From positions 3,286,001 to 3,350,000 of the forward strand of contig JBHGNT010000010.1 in assembly GCA_043228905.1 (NCBI GenBank): 64,000 nt of DNA. The letters are read 5' to 3'. The stretch is from Azolla caroliniana. Its lineage: Eukaryota; Plantae; Polypodiophyta. Position 1 is the stretch's first letter; each line of letters begins with the position of its first letter. Of this stretch, positions 1-9,990 are shown one piece after another. Below the pieces are notes generated by a model. It ran no database searches, was not told the origin of the DNA, and was given only the letters and a program-made list of their open reading frames with translations. A program made the translations under genes and the position numbers.

Positions 1-243
1 CAATCTATAAAATTGTAAACATTGAAATAGAATACAAGTAGAACAAGTACAAAAGTTGGAGAAACAGGTATAGAAGTTCAACTTTTTTTTTTCAAAACAA
101 AATATCCTTCCATTAGTTTAAAAGAAGTCATAACAACTACAAGTTACACTATTTTTTCCCCAACCCATCTTGTGTAAGACAATGGTTCAGGAAACAAATC
201 TATGTACTCCAAAGTAGAGGAAAACAATCAGCTAATTTGCAAG

Positions 244-540
244 TTATTCCATAGACAGCAACAAAAGTAGTTGCATTCGGATACTAGCCCTCACAACTCA
301 TAGATACAAACCATTTCAATGCTTCTTTAACATGCTCATGTTCAACATAATTTGCAATCAACACATTCCAAGCTATTCCATAGACAAAAACAAAAGTGAC
401 AACATCTCGAGACAACCCCTCACATCTCATAGATTGGAACCATTACAATGCTTTTTCAGCATGCTATATCCATCAATGCAATTCCAATCAATCTACCTTT
501 ATCCAAAAAACCAAATGCTACCACAAGCTTTCAAGGTAGA
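244..540 (-). pseudogene. Decayed PLS-class pentatricopeptide repeat (PPR) gene fragment, part 3' of the retrotransposon insertion
   Basis: Minus-strand reading of ~373-255 gives AWNVLIANYVEHEHVKEALKWFVSMSCEG*YPNATTFVAV. A second frameshifted copy lies at ~374-485, and STLKACGS abuts the TSD. These are typical PPR helices with stops and frameshifts. Confidence 0.75.
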
Positions 541-959
541 TGTTATTCTCTGACCGGACAAGGCCTAACACAAGGTGTGACGGAGACACTTCACCAAAGG
601 GTGGTTACGGCATAGGATTAAGATTCAACGATTACACCGACTTAAGTAGGTTACACGATTAGATCGCTTTTGTTAATTACACGCGTAAGATATAACAGTA
701 AGTACAGAACGGAAATCAACACAGAAGTATAAACACCATATGCTCTATTAATTATCCGCTGCGATTACAATGGGGTCCGGGCCTTTAAATAGGTTTCCGG
801 CCCGTAGTACAAAACGGTGCCTATCGCACCTATTCGGGATTCGTCCGGATCTGGAACGGCATACCGTTTCCAGTCCGTCCGTCCACACTATGCTTATTTA
901 CAACCATACTTAATTAATTCCTTCACTCCGTATTTTGGACTCCTTGCCGGCCGGTAACA
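541..959 (-). repeat. 3' LTR
   Basis: Direct repeat of 9997-10415. The only mismatch I found is C942 vs T10398. Confidence 0.97.
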
Positions 960-1011
960 CATGGCACGCCCATGGGACAGTACCTTGTACGTCGAACCCT
1001 TCTCGGCCCCT

Positions 1012-3675
1012 TCATTGTTCACCCAAATTGTCCAAAATACTTTGTTCCAGAGTTTCCACTTGTTCTTCCGGTTGTGGTTGCTGCGGCTGTGCTTGCTGCT
1101 GCTGCTGTGGTTGCGGTTGAGACTGAGGCTGCTCCGGCTGCTCTATAGGCTGCTGCTCCGTTTGTTTCTCTGACTCCGGCATCTCCGTTTGACTGCTTCC
1201 GGTCCGGTCTCCTTCCAGTAACGGTTCCTCATCACTGAGGTTGACCGTAACCGGTTCTCGTGCTTTCTCTTCCCGGATCCGGGACCTCTCGTAGCTTTCA
1301 AACTGGATCTGCGCCTCCAGCCTGTCGTCGTCCAGTTGAGCTACAAGCTGCCGGACTTGCCCTAGTTGGTCCTCTGCCAAGGCTTGAAAGTCTTCGGCCA
1401 GCTCATCTCTTATGCCGGTGAAGTCTTCGGAAGTCAGCATATAGCAATCATCTCCCTCCTTCCGCCGGTTCTCTACGTCGGCCCGGAGCAATTGGAGTTC
1501 CGCCGCGTTCGTGGCCCACTTGGTCCACCATTTGACGGACCCGTTGTCAATCAAGCTCTTGGTCTGGTTCAACCAGGCCCGCATGATATCCTGGATACGA
1601 CTTGCTCCCATTTGCGCTCTACTTTCCACAACTTGTCGTTCCTCCTTCAACTGCTTGATGAGATTAGCCGTATCCTCCGCTTGCTCTCTGTAGCGCGTCA
1701 GCTGCCCTTGATATGTTGTTTGCAGCCTCTGTAGTACCTCCGCCGCTCTTTCTTTTTCCGCCTGCTGTTGCCTGAGGAGCTCTGTCCGAACCTTCTCCGC
1801 CTCTTCCAACCGTCTTCTGGTTTCCGCTTGTTCCTTAGCGTATGCCGTTGCAGTCCGATCAACTGCTTGCCGGAGCTCATCCGTCCGTTCCTTGTGCTCC
1901 GTTTGCAACCGTTTATACTCCCGGTGCAATTGCTCAAATTCCTTCGTTTTTTGTTTGAGCTTGCCGTTGATCTGGCGATGGTTCTGGTCCTCCCGGTCCT
2001 TTAGCTGCCGGAGTTCCTCTTTCAGGCGCTCTATTTCTGTTTCGGCATTTCTCCGGAGCCTGTCCTTCTCTTGCAGCATTTTCTCCTTTTCCTCCTTGAG
2101 CCGGTCGTACGCTTGGTGGCCTTTTCGTAAGCTCTTCTCGGCCCGGCGTAGATTTTCAACAGTCTTTTTGAGTTCTGCCTCCGCTGCCGTCTTCAACTCT
2201 CTTTCGCGGCTCCTCAGCGCTTCTTGGGCAGCTAGCTCATCCTTTAAGTCTGCAAGCTCTTGGGCTTGTGCCGCATTTCTCTCCGGAACGGTTTCCGTTG
2301 CCGGGGTCTGATTGCTATGTACAGGTTGATCTATCGCTATATTCTGTACATTGCCCGGAGTCACCGGTGCTTGGACTCGTGTTGTCAAAGCCAATTGAGC
2401 CATTTCCCTTGTGACCCTGTCCAAGTCTTGTTCAAGGCTCCGGATTCTGGACCGGGCCGTCTCTAGATCTACGGTTGTGACGAGCAACCGTTCGTGGTGC
2501 GCTCTCTCCTCCGCCTCTATGTACTCGACCGCTCCGGCGATCTGCTCGCCTACCCACCGTAGCCACATGCTACTGGTGCCTTGCTGCTGTACTGGTCGGG
2601 TCGGCTCGTTCACTGTGGAATTGTCTGGCCTGAGTGCCTGTATCTGCCGTTCTGGTTCTACTCCTTGGCCGCCGTGTGTGCTGCCTGGGCTCGCCGGCTG
2701 TTGAGTTCCGGTTCTCGCCGTCTCCGGAGCCGTTGGAATGACTTCTTCTATAGAAGTCGACAAGGCCGGTTCTATACGCACCAGTTCCGGTTCCTCCCTT
2801 GTGGTTTGCTCAGGTTGAGTTGGGGGCGTTTCTTCCTTTTGCGGTTCCGAACGCTCCCCCGCTGTCCCGGCGGTCCTACTTCTTGACCGTCGTTGGAGGT
2901 TCTCTTCTGGCTCCTCCGTTTCCTCCTCCTGGGTAATGGCATGTGCCGTCAAGGGTTCCGGTTCCTTCTGTCCCGGTCGCCGTATGGTTATCTTAACGGG
3001 TAGGACCGGTGACACCTCCTCCGGTTCTGGGAGCCGTTTCTTCCCTTTCGTCGCCTTCGACGCCAGTAGCTGCTGTCGTTTGGACGCGGGCTTCGAGGTG
3101 CTTCCTTCCGATAATCTTGGCCGCTTCTTTGGCTGAACGGTCTCGACCGGCGGCACGAGCAATGTTATCCACTGAGCTACGATATGCCACAGCTTCCGGC
3201 CCTCCTTGCCGTCCTTTCCTCGTACCATGTCGATTGCCGCGCACAAACCGTCTGCAATCAACACCGGCCAGTCCACCTTGATCCCTTCATAGGTGGCTAT
3301 GATCATCCCTGCCCGATTTTTTGGCATGACAGGGGGTCAGGGGTACACGTGGCCGTACTCATGGAGCACTCGAGCTATCTCCCTGAATAGCGGATCTTCG
3401 CCGCCCTGCGTTCGATAGCCTTTGCCGGCTACAGAGTACTCACCGAAATATCGAATGAGTTGCTCCGAGGTTGGGTTATCAATCTGAAAAATACCTCCCT
3501 CCGGAAGGCCTGTTAGCGCACGGATCGCTTCTTCGGTGATGACTTCTGTGTCGAGCTCCTTGATGACCCGGTCGGCTTCTCTGTGCGGTGGTGCCTCCAT
3601 GATGGTCAAGAACCCATCCAGTCCGTGTTGCCTGAGCCATTTCCTGGCCGCTTCCGACAACGTTTGTGGTTCCAT
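1012..3675 (-). CDS. Extra retrotransposon ORF after pol (~887 codons, one in-frame TGA at 3337-3339): plant-transposon-type N-terminal domain, P/E/T-rich linker, long coiled coil, Q-rich tail
   Basis: ORFs 3337..3675 and 1012..3327 share a frame and join as GHVYP*PPVMPKNRAG. Motifs ITEEAIRALTGLP and GIKVDW are present, plus a heptad-rich E/K/R/Q/L region of several hundred residues. Confidence 0.8.
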
Positions 3676-3989
3676 GTCTGCTTCGAGGTCGAGGAACGAT
3701 GGCGAGGTAGAGTGGTGATGAGAGTGAGAGCGAGAGAGAGCGTTCCGAACGTGGGGGTTCTCTGCGTGCAGGTTCGCATTTGCTAAGCTTCCACTGCCTT
3801 GGTGCTTCTGTGCTTCTTGGCTCGCGAAAAAAAAAGGTCTCCATGCGTTCTTCTTTTTCTCTGTGCGTCTTGGCGCCTTTTTCGAGCATGCGCACGTCGT
3901 GTACCAATTTAGTATTAAGCAATGTGGCGGCTCTTAAATGCCCACTACGTACCTTTTCGCTCCTTGCTTTCACGTCCGTTCATACCTCG

Positions 3990-4041
3990 ATTTTTAATGA
4001 TTTTTATTTTTTATTTTTTATTTTTTATTTTTTATTTTTAA
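3990..4041. repeat. (TTTTTTA)n tract (A-rich on the element strand) between pol and the extra ORF
   Basis: Seen directly: tttttattttttattttttattttttattttttattttta. Confidence 0.85.
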
Positions 4042-4057
4042 TTGACGGTATGTGATC

Positions 4058-7021
4058 TTACACATCCGTAGGTCCCTTCGGACCCTTACCGTTTTCCTTA
4101 GGGTTTACCGTGTCTTCCTTCGCCTCTGCTACGGGTTCCCCGTCGTCTTTTTCTTCCATCCGTACCGTTCCCGGTATAGTGCCGGTGGGCTGCATAAACG
4201 GGTTCTTTGGCATCGGTCCTTTATAGGGCTTTAGTCTAAATCCGTTGACCCACATGCCTAGCACTTCACCGGCAAGTGTCCCTAACTGATAGGACCCGTT
4301 GTATTCCCGTGCCAGCCAATACGGGCCTGTCCATCTAAACCGGAGTTTACCCGGCATCTTGCCCATCCTCGTTTGGAATACTAGCACCGGCTTTCCGATT
4401 TCGAACATCTTTTCATTACCTTTCCGGTGACGGTCAACGAACGCTTTCCGTCGTCGTTGCTCCAGTTCCATGTGTAGGATGCTGGCCAGCCGTTGCTCCT
4501 CCAGTTCGCATAGTGCTGCTAGCCGCCTTTCTTCCGACTCCTTTTCATTCAGCCGTTCCCGTAGTTGGATCCGTAAGCTTGGTACCTGAAATTCCACTGG
4601 CATGACCGCCTCTAAGCCGAACGCTAACCGGAACGGCGTTGTCCGGATACTTGTTTTGTATGCCGTCCGGTACGCCCATAGCGCGCTATGGAGCTTTGTA
4701 TCCCAGTCCGTCCGGTTTTCATTGACGATTTTGCGGAGAATGTTCTGCAGCGTTTTGTTGGTGGACTCTGCTAACCTGTTCGCTTGTGGGTAGTACGGTG
4801 TGCTCCGTTTATGGACCACGGCATAGAACGTTGTTAAGCTTTCAACTACCTGGCCGAGGAAGTGCCCTCCTTGGTCGCTGATTAATTCAATCGGACATCC
4901 ATATCGGCACCAAATGTTCTCGTACAGGAATTTTGCTATGGATGACGCGGTATTGTCTCTCAAGGGCTTAGCCTCCACCCATTTAGTGCAATAATCTGTT
5001 GCCACGATGACATAACGATTACCCGTTCTCATTGCCGGTGGCTTGAACGGTCCGACAAAATCCAACCCCCACTTCTGGAATGGCTCTAGTGGAAGTACCG
5101 GTTGGTGTGGCATCCGTGCTTGCTCCGTAGGCTGGCCCATTCGTTGGCATAGGTCACATTCCTTAGCATACTTGACGGCGTCTTTTAACGTCGTGGGCCA
5201 CCATAAGCCGCTCTGCCATACTTTCCTTGCCGTCGCTTCCCCGGCATAGTGTCCTCCGGCAACCCCACAGTGTGCTTCCCGTAAGATTACTTGTTTCTCG
5301 TCACTACGGACTGCCCGTCTCCATATTCCATCTGCTCCCTTGTGGTAGAGAGTGTCCCGTAACAGACAGAAATTGCGGCTCTGCACCGCCAGTCGTTTCC
5401 TCTCGTCCCGGTTCATTTCCTCCGGTGGCAGGCCCGTGCTTAGGAACTGGTGCATGTTTGTCAGCCACCTATCTTCTGATACCACCGTGTCGTCCGCTGC
5501 CGTTTCCGGGGTGATACGAAATAACTCTGCGTCCGGGAATTCATCCGCTACTCCGTCGCCTGATTCTCCGGACTCTAACCGGCTCAGATAGTCTGCTACG
5601 GCATGCTGGATACCGGGCCGGTGGAAGATCTCGAATTCGAACTCCTGCAACAGCAAGGTCCAACGGGCCAACTTACCGGTCAGGGACGCCTTGGACACTA
5701 AGTACAGGAGCGCCGAGTGATCCACATGAAAGGAGAACTTCCTTCCCAATAGGTAATGACGAAACTTTGTGACACTGTAGATCATGCCCAGGGCCTCCCG
5801 TTCCGTAGTCGAATAGTTCTTCTCCGCTTGGGACAGCTTCCGGCTGGCGTAATATACCGGCCGGTACCATTTGGGCTCCGTAAGTTGCATTAAGGCGCTG
5901 CCGATAGCGATGTCGGAAGCGTCCACGAACACATGAAATTCCTTGCTCCAATCCGGAGGCTGCACGACGGGTGCTTGCGACAAAAGTACCTTCAGGGCAT
6001 TGTATGCCTCATCCTCCGTATCCGTCCATTGGAACGGTGTCCGATGTACCGCGGTGTGTAATGGTGTAGCCAAGTCAGCCAAGTGACGGAGCATCCGGCT
6101 GTGCCACCGGATCTGTCCTAAGAATCGGCTTAGTGCTTTGGCCGTTTTCGGCGCCGGTGCCCCTAGTATCGCGTTTACTTTGTCCGGGTCGACCGCAATG
6201 CCCTCCTTACTTACAATGTGTCCCAGTAAGATTCCACTTGAAACTCCAAAGATGCATTTTGTTGGGTTTAAGCTTAGCTGGTATAACCTACACTTTTCAA
6301 GGCATAACCGTAGGTGCTGCAAATGGTCTTTTCCCCGGCTATAGACTGCAAAATCATCCAGGAAAACCTGCATGAAGGCAGGAATGTATTCGCCGAAGAT
6401 CTCCATGATGATTCGCTGGAACGTTGCTGGTGCCGTTTTAAGGCCGAACATCATTACTTCGGCCACAAACACCCCCCATTCGGTGACGAACGTTGTCTTC
6501 TCCTGGTCGTCCGGGTGCATCCGGATTTGATTGTATCCGCTGAACCCGTCTAAAAAACTATAAACTTCATGGCCGGCGACGGCATCCAGTACTCCATCCG
6601 TGAACGGAAGAGGGAATGCATCCGTAATTGTGGCTGCATTTAGTTTCCTGTAATCTACACACACGCGGATTTTACCGTTCTTCTTTGGGACGACGACGAT
6701 GGGGCTCAGCCACGTTGCTTTCTTTACCGGCCGGATGAAGCCCACTCTTAGGAGTTTGTCGATTTCCTCCTTCACTTTGGCGGCGTAGTTGGGGTTCATT
6801 CGGTAACGTCTTTGCGCCACTGGTTTCGCGTCCTTGCCTAAGTGGATCTGATGCTGATATAATTGAGGGTCCAGCCCTCGCATGTCTTCGTATGACCAGG
6901 CGAATACGTCGCGAAACTCCGTGAGAAGTTTGATCATCGCCGCTTTATCTTCCGGCTTCATTTCTTTGGCGATGTGTGCCGGCTTTGATTCGTCCTTGCT
7001 TCCTAGGTTCACTTCGTCGAG
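4058..7021 (-). CDS. pol: Pol: reverse transcriptase, RNase H, integrase
   Basis: RT motifs DVFAWSY, RVCVDYRKLN, LDGFSGYNQI, FLDD. RNase H motifs VDASD, TEREAL, ADYLSR. Integrase HHCC (HCGVAGGH...CDLC), LDFVGP, SDQG and GPY. No chromodomain. Confidence 0.95.
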   Translation of the reverse strand, partial: LDEVNLGSKDESKPAHIAKEMKPEDKAAMIKLLTEFRDVFAWSYEDMRGLDPQLYQHQIHLGKDAKPVAQRRYRMNPNYAAKVKEEIDKLLRVGFIRPVKKATWLSPIVVVPKKNGKIRVCVDYRKLNAATITDAFPLPFTDGVLDAVAGHEVYSFLDGFSGYNQIRMHPDDQEKTTFVTEWGVFVAEVMMFGLKTAPATFQRIIMEIFGEYIPAFMQVFLDDFAVYSRGKDHLQHLRLCLEKCRLYQLSLNPTKCIFGVSSGILLGHIVSKEGIAVDPDKVNAILGAPAPKTAKALSRFLGQIRWHSRMLRHLADLATPLHTAVHRTPFQWTDTEDEAYNALKVLLSQAPVVQPPDWSKEFHVFVDASDIAIGSALMQLTEPKWYRPVYYASRKLSQAEKNYSTTEREALGMIYSVTKFRHYLLGRKFSFHVDHSALLYLVSKASLTGKLARWTLLLQEFEFEIFHRPGIQHAVADYLSRLESGESGDGVADEFPDAELFRITPETAADDTVVSEDRWLTNMHQFLSTGLPPEEMNRDERKRLAVQSRNFCLLRDTLYHKGADGIWRRAVRSDEKQVILREAHCGVAGGHYAGEATARKVWQSGLWWPTTLKDAVKYAKECDLCQRMGQPTEQARMPHQPVLPLEPFQKWGLDFVGPFKPPAMRTGNRYVIVATDYCTKWVEAKPLRDNTASSIAKFLYENIWCRYGCPIELISDQGGHFLGQVVESLTTFYAVVHKRSTPYYPQANRLAESTNKTLQNILRKIVNENRTDWDTKLHSALWAYRTAYKTSIRTTPFRLAFGLEAVMPVEFQVPSLRIQLRERLNEKESEERRLAALCELEEQRLASILHMELEQRRRKAFVDRHRKGNEKMFEIGKPVLVFQTRMGKMPGKLRFRWTGPYWLAREYNGSYQLGTLAGEVLGMWVNGFRLKPYKGPMPKNPFMQPTGTIPGTVRMEEKDDGEPVAEAKEDTVNPKENGKGPKGPTDV

Positions 7022-8590
7022 CTAAGATGTTTTTACCCGTTGGGAAACGGCCATTTCCCGTTCCAACGCTTCCTGTGCTTGCCGTAATTCCCGAATCGAA
7101 TCTTTGTCTGGTTCGGCTTCGGTGTCGTCCCGCTGCGGCAAGTATGGCGCTACGGCTTCAGCTACGTCAATCTCGAAGAGTGGTACGATCTTCGGGTGTT
7201 CCTCCAAGTACTGGGCTTCTTCGTCGTCTGCCAACCCTTCAAGCATGTTCACGCATTCCGCATACAGCGGTGTGCATTCCTTACCGTTGCTCGTCCGTGG
7301 TTGTGTCGGTACCCGGACCTTGGCTTTTCCGCGCCGGAAGGTAATCATATTTTTCCGCCAATTTTGCTTGATGTGTGCTGTTTTCAACCATGGTCTGCCC
7401 AGCAACAGTGGGTACGCGCCTTGCGCCTGTAGCTGCAGCACTACAGCCGAGATGTGAAATGTGTGACCTCCTATGGTGACTTCCAATTTCCGTATTAAGC
7501 CCGTCGGCCGTACAGAGCTTGTATCCGCCATCCGTAGCCAGAACGGACATGGCTCCCATTCATGTATACCCAAGGCATCACACGTGCGGAGGCTTATTAC
7601 GTTCACCCCGGAACCTCCATCGATTACTGTGCCGGGAAGTTCATGCCCTTTGACAATAGCTGTAATCACCGGACTACTAGTGTCCACCACCGTCGGTCCC
7701 TCCTCCGGATTCGAGAAGAGGACTAGTGCTGGTGGGGCTATACCGTCTGTCATGCCCGTTTTTAGTCCTTCCGTAAATCGCGGCACGAGCTGCAAGAGTC
7801 TTCCTAATGGCAATGTGATCTGACATTCTTGCAGTGCTTGCCATGCCTCGTTTTCTGGGTGGCTACCGTCGGCACTCCCTATGGTATTCGCCTTTTGCCG
7901 TTCCGCGTCCGCGACGTTCCTTTCATTGGCTTCCTTCACCCATTCCGTCGCCTGTTTTCGTATGGCCTCTTGTGTTTCCCACTCTTTGGCCATGCCTTTC
8001 GACCGTGTGGTTACTTGCTGTATATCCGCCACTTCCGGAACCACCATATTAACTGCTGGTCGTTTATCGTAGCTCTTTGCCGGGCACTGGTTACTGTAGT
8101 GGCCTTCCTGCCTGCAGTAATAGCAGTACTCTTTACGGGTATTGCTGGATTCAGCATTGCTGGTATCCGGAGTCGGTCCCGTAGTGAGTGGTGCGTTCTG
8201 TGCCGGTTGGCTCCTTGGGGTTCCATGTTCCGGGTCCCTAGTGTGACCACCTTTCTTGAAATTACGTTTCTTATTATTCTTATTTTTATTTCGGTAGTCC
8301 GGTCGTGGTGGATCGTAAAATCGGCCGTAGTCCTCCTGGTGCCCTCGGTAACCAGGGGAATGGTCTCTGTCGTATTGCTCGTGTCGTCTGTTGGACTCCC
8401 GATAACGGTCCGATCGCTCATACCGGTCGTAGTTATCATGCCGATTCCCGTACCGGCCATCATTCTCTTGTCTGTCTCCGTACCGGACATCCTGTGCCGG
8501 TCGGTACCGGTTCATTTTTTGCCAACGATCGTCATCTTCGTCTCGGCTGCTTCTTGGCTCGATCCGTCGGACGGGTGGTGCTTGTTGGTT
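7022..8590 (-). CDS. Gag C-terminal part (R/D/Y-rich region, third CCHC knuckle) plus aspartic protease
   Basis: Knuckle CYYCRQEGHYSNQC and protease motifs VIDGGSGVNVI and LLLGRPWL. Same frame as the flanking ORFs, bounded by TGA (8591) and TAG (7022). Confidence 0.9.
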   Translation of the reverse strand, partial: NQQAPPVRRIEPRSSRDEDDDRWQKMNRYRPAQDVRYGDRQENDGRYGNRHDNYDRYERSDRYRESNRRHEQYDRDHSPGYRGHQEDYGRFYDPPRPDYRNKNKNNKKRNFKKGGHTRDPEHGTPRSQPAQNAPLTTGPTPDTSNAESSNTRKEYCYYCRQEGHYSNQCPAKSYDKRPAVNMVVPEVADIQQVTTRSKGMAKEWETQEAIRKQATEWVKEANERNVADAERQKANTIGSADGSHPENEAWQALQECQITLPLGRLLQLVPRFTEGLKTGMTDGIAPPALVLFSNPEEGPTVVDTSSPVITAIVKGHELPGTVIDGGSGVNVISLRTCDALGIHEWEPCPFWLRMADTSSVRPTGLIRKLEVTIGGHTFHISAVVLQLQAQGAYPLLLGRPWLKTAHIKQNWRKNMITFRRGKAKVRVPTQPRTSNGKECTPLYAECVNMLEGLADDEEAQYLEEHPKIVPLFEIDVAEAVAPYLPQRDDTEAEPDKDSIRELRQAQEALEREMAVSQRVKTS

Positions 8591-9928
8591 TCACAGGTTA
8601 TACTCGCACCGGTCCGTTGTATGACTCTTGGATTGACAAATCACACACTGAGTTCGCATGGTGCATTCCACTGCCGAGTGTCCGGCATTCAAGCAGATTG
8701 TGCATTGAATTGCCTGCCGGAACCGGAGATCTTCATCGGTGGGTAACGCCCGTTGCAGTGCTCCCAGTGTAAGCCATGAGCTTGACTTTTCCATTTCTCT
8801 GACCCGGTCAATGACCTGGTCAATGGTGCTTCCTCGAAAGTCAATTACCGTACACACCGTGCGTAACGGTTCCCGGAGTGCGTTTAAAAATATCATCCGT
8901 AATTCCTCCTCCGGGGGTGTACGGGCAAGCTGGCTATGCATTCGTTGGAAACGGATGACGAATTGGGGAATGCTTTCCCCTGCCTCCTGTCGGATCGTAT
9001 AAAACAGGCCCACCATTGTCGTCTGGTCGACCTCCTTGTGGAAAAAATGCAAGAATTTTGCTTTTAATTCTGCAAAGGTTGTGATGGTCGCCGGGTCCTG
9101 CGTCCGCCGCCATCGTGTCGCTGGTCCTTCCAACGTGACCCCGAATTCCGCTATCTTCGAGCGTTCTTCTTCCTCCGGTGTCATTCGCTGGGACGTGTGA
9201 TTTGCTTCCCATGTCTGCTCGAAGGCATGAACATGCGCTTCCGCGTTCGGATCATCGCGATACTTTGAGTATTGGAACGGCATGTCGTCGTCCAGTATTA
9301 GGCTGCGGTTTAGTGGCGTTTGTTGATATCTTTCCGGTTTTCTCTCCGGTTCCACTTCCGGTTGTTTTGCCGGTGCTTTTTCCGGTTCCTCTTCCGGTTC
9401 TTTTCCCGGTTCTTTCACCGGCTCGTCTTCCGGTACCTTCGTCGGCTCTTTCGTTGGTGTCGGTGGCTTTGCTTCTTCCACTTCCGGTGTTGGTGGGCTG
9501 ATGGCTTCCGTTTGCGGTTCCGGATAGCCCTGGTCGAGCGGTTCCGGTTCTGGAGTCGGCACGGTATCCGACCCTTCGTCCTCCGGGCCGCCGGGGGTAT
9601 CGTTGCTGCTCCGGTAGTTCGTGTGCACGCTGTATCCCCCTTCGGAATCCGATTCGTAGGCTGAAAAGGCTTCTGCCTCGTTTTCTCCGCTTGTCAGCGC
9701 CTTGAGGAGGCGTTCGGTTTCCCGGAGACTACTTAGACTGCTTCCGTCGTCCTGGTCGCGAGTTTGCTGTAACCGAAGAGATTCCTCCGCGACTCTCCGG
9801 ATCTCGTTGGAGAACGAACGATCCGAGCGAATTTCGTGCGCTGCTTGCTGGAAAGTCTCACGCCGTCTTTGCCGTTCGGCGAGGCGTCGAGCTCGGTCTG
9901 TAACCAGGTCGTGCGTTGGTCTAGTCAT
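8591..9928 (-). CDS. gag: Gag (capsid domain plus two CCHC knuckles)
   Basis: Retrotrans_gag-like LEGPATRW...FAELKAKFL...IRQEAGESIPQFVIRF, followed by CTICLNAGHSAVEC and CVICQSKSHTTDRC. Confidence 0.9.
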   Translation of the reverse strand: MTRPTHDLVTDRARRLAERQRRRETFQQAAHEIRSDRSFSNEIRRVAEESLRLQQTRDQDDGSSLSSLRETERLLKALTSGENEAEAFSAYESDSEGGYSVHTNYRSSNDTPGGPEDEGSDTVPTPEPEPLDQGYPEPQTEAISPPTPEVEEAKPPTPTKEPTKVPEDEPVKEPGKEPEEEPEKAPAKQPEVEPERKPERYQQTPLNRSLILDDDMPFQYSKYRDDPNAEAHVHAFEQTWEANHTSQRMTPEEEERSKIAEFGVTLEGPATRWRRTQDPATITTFAELKAKFLHFFHKEVDQTTMVGLFYTIRQEAGESIPQFVIRFQRMHSQLARTPPEEELRMIFLNALREPLRTVCTVIDFRGSTIDQVIDRVREMEKSSSWLTLGALQRALPTDEDLRFRQAIQCTICLNAGHSAVECTMRTQCVICQSKSHTTDRCEYNL

Positions 9929-9977
9929 CCATTAAGCCGTCGTTCGCTGCGAGAAAGCAGGAATCGTGGTCGCCAAA

Positions 9978-9990
9978 ACTGTGGTCGCCA
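9978..9990 (-). promoter_or_regulatory. Primer-binding site TGGCGACCACAGT, probably for tRNA-Arg(UCG)
   Basis: Lies 6 nt after the 5' LTR on the minus strand. It is complementary to the 3' end I recall for plant tRNA-Arg(UCG) (...ACUGUGGUCGCCA); the tRNA identity is from memory. Confidence 0.7.

Noticed and set aside
1012-3327. Extra ORF as a viral envelope gene or a captured host SMC/myosin gene
   Set aside because: No signal peptide or clear TM anchor and no ATPase motifs. The similarity would be generic coiled coil only.
3337-8593. U-to-C RNA editing as the means of removing the three stops
   Set aside because: That editing is known from fern and hornwort organelles, not nuclear TEs. Every stop codon is one T>C change from a sense codon, so the pattern is uninformative.
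7829-8746. 305-aa plus-strand ORF and many other antisense ORFs in 935-9935
   Set aside because: Shadow ORFs opposite GC-rich gag/pol and the extra ORF, with no recognisable motifs.
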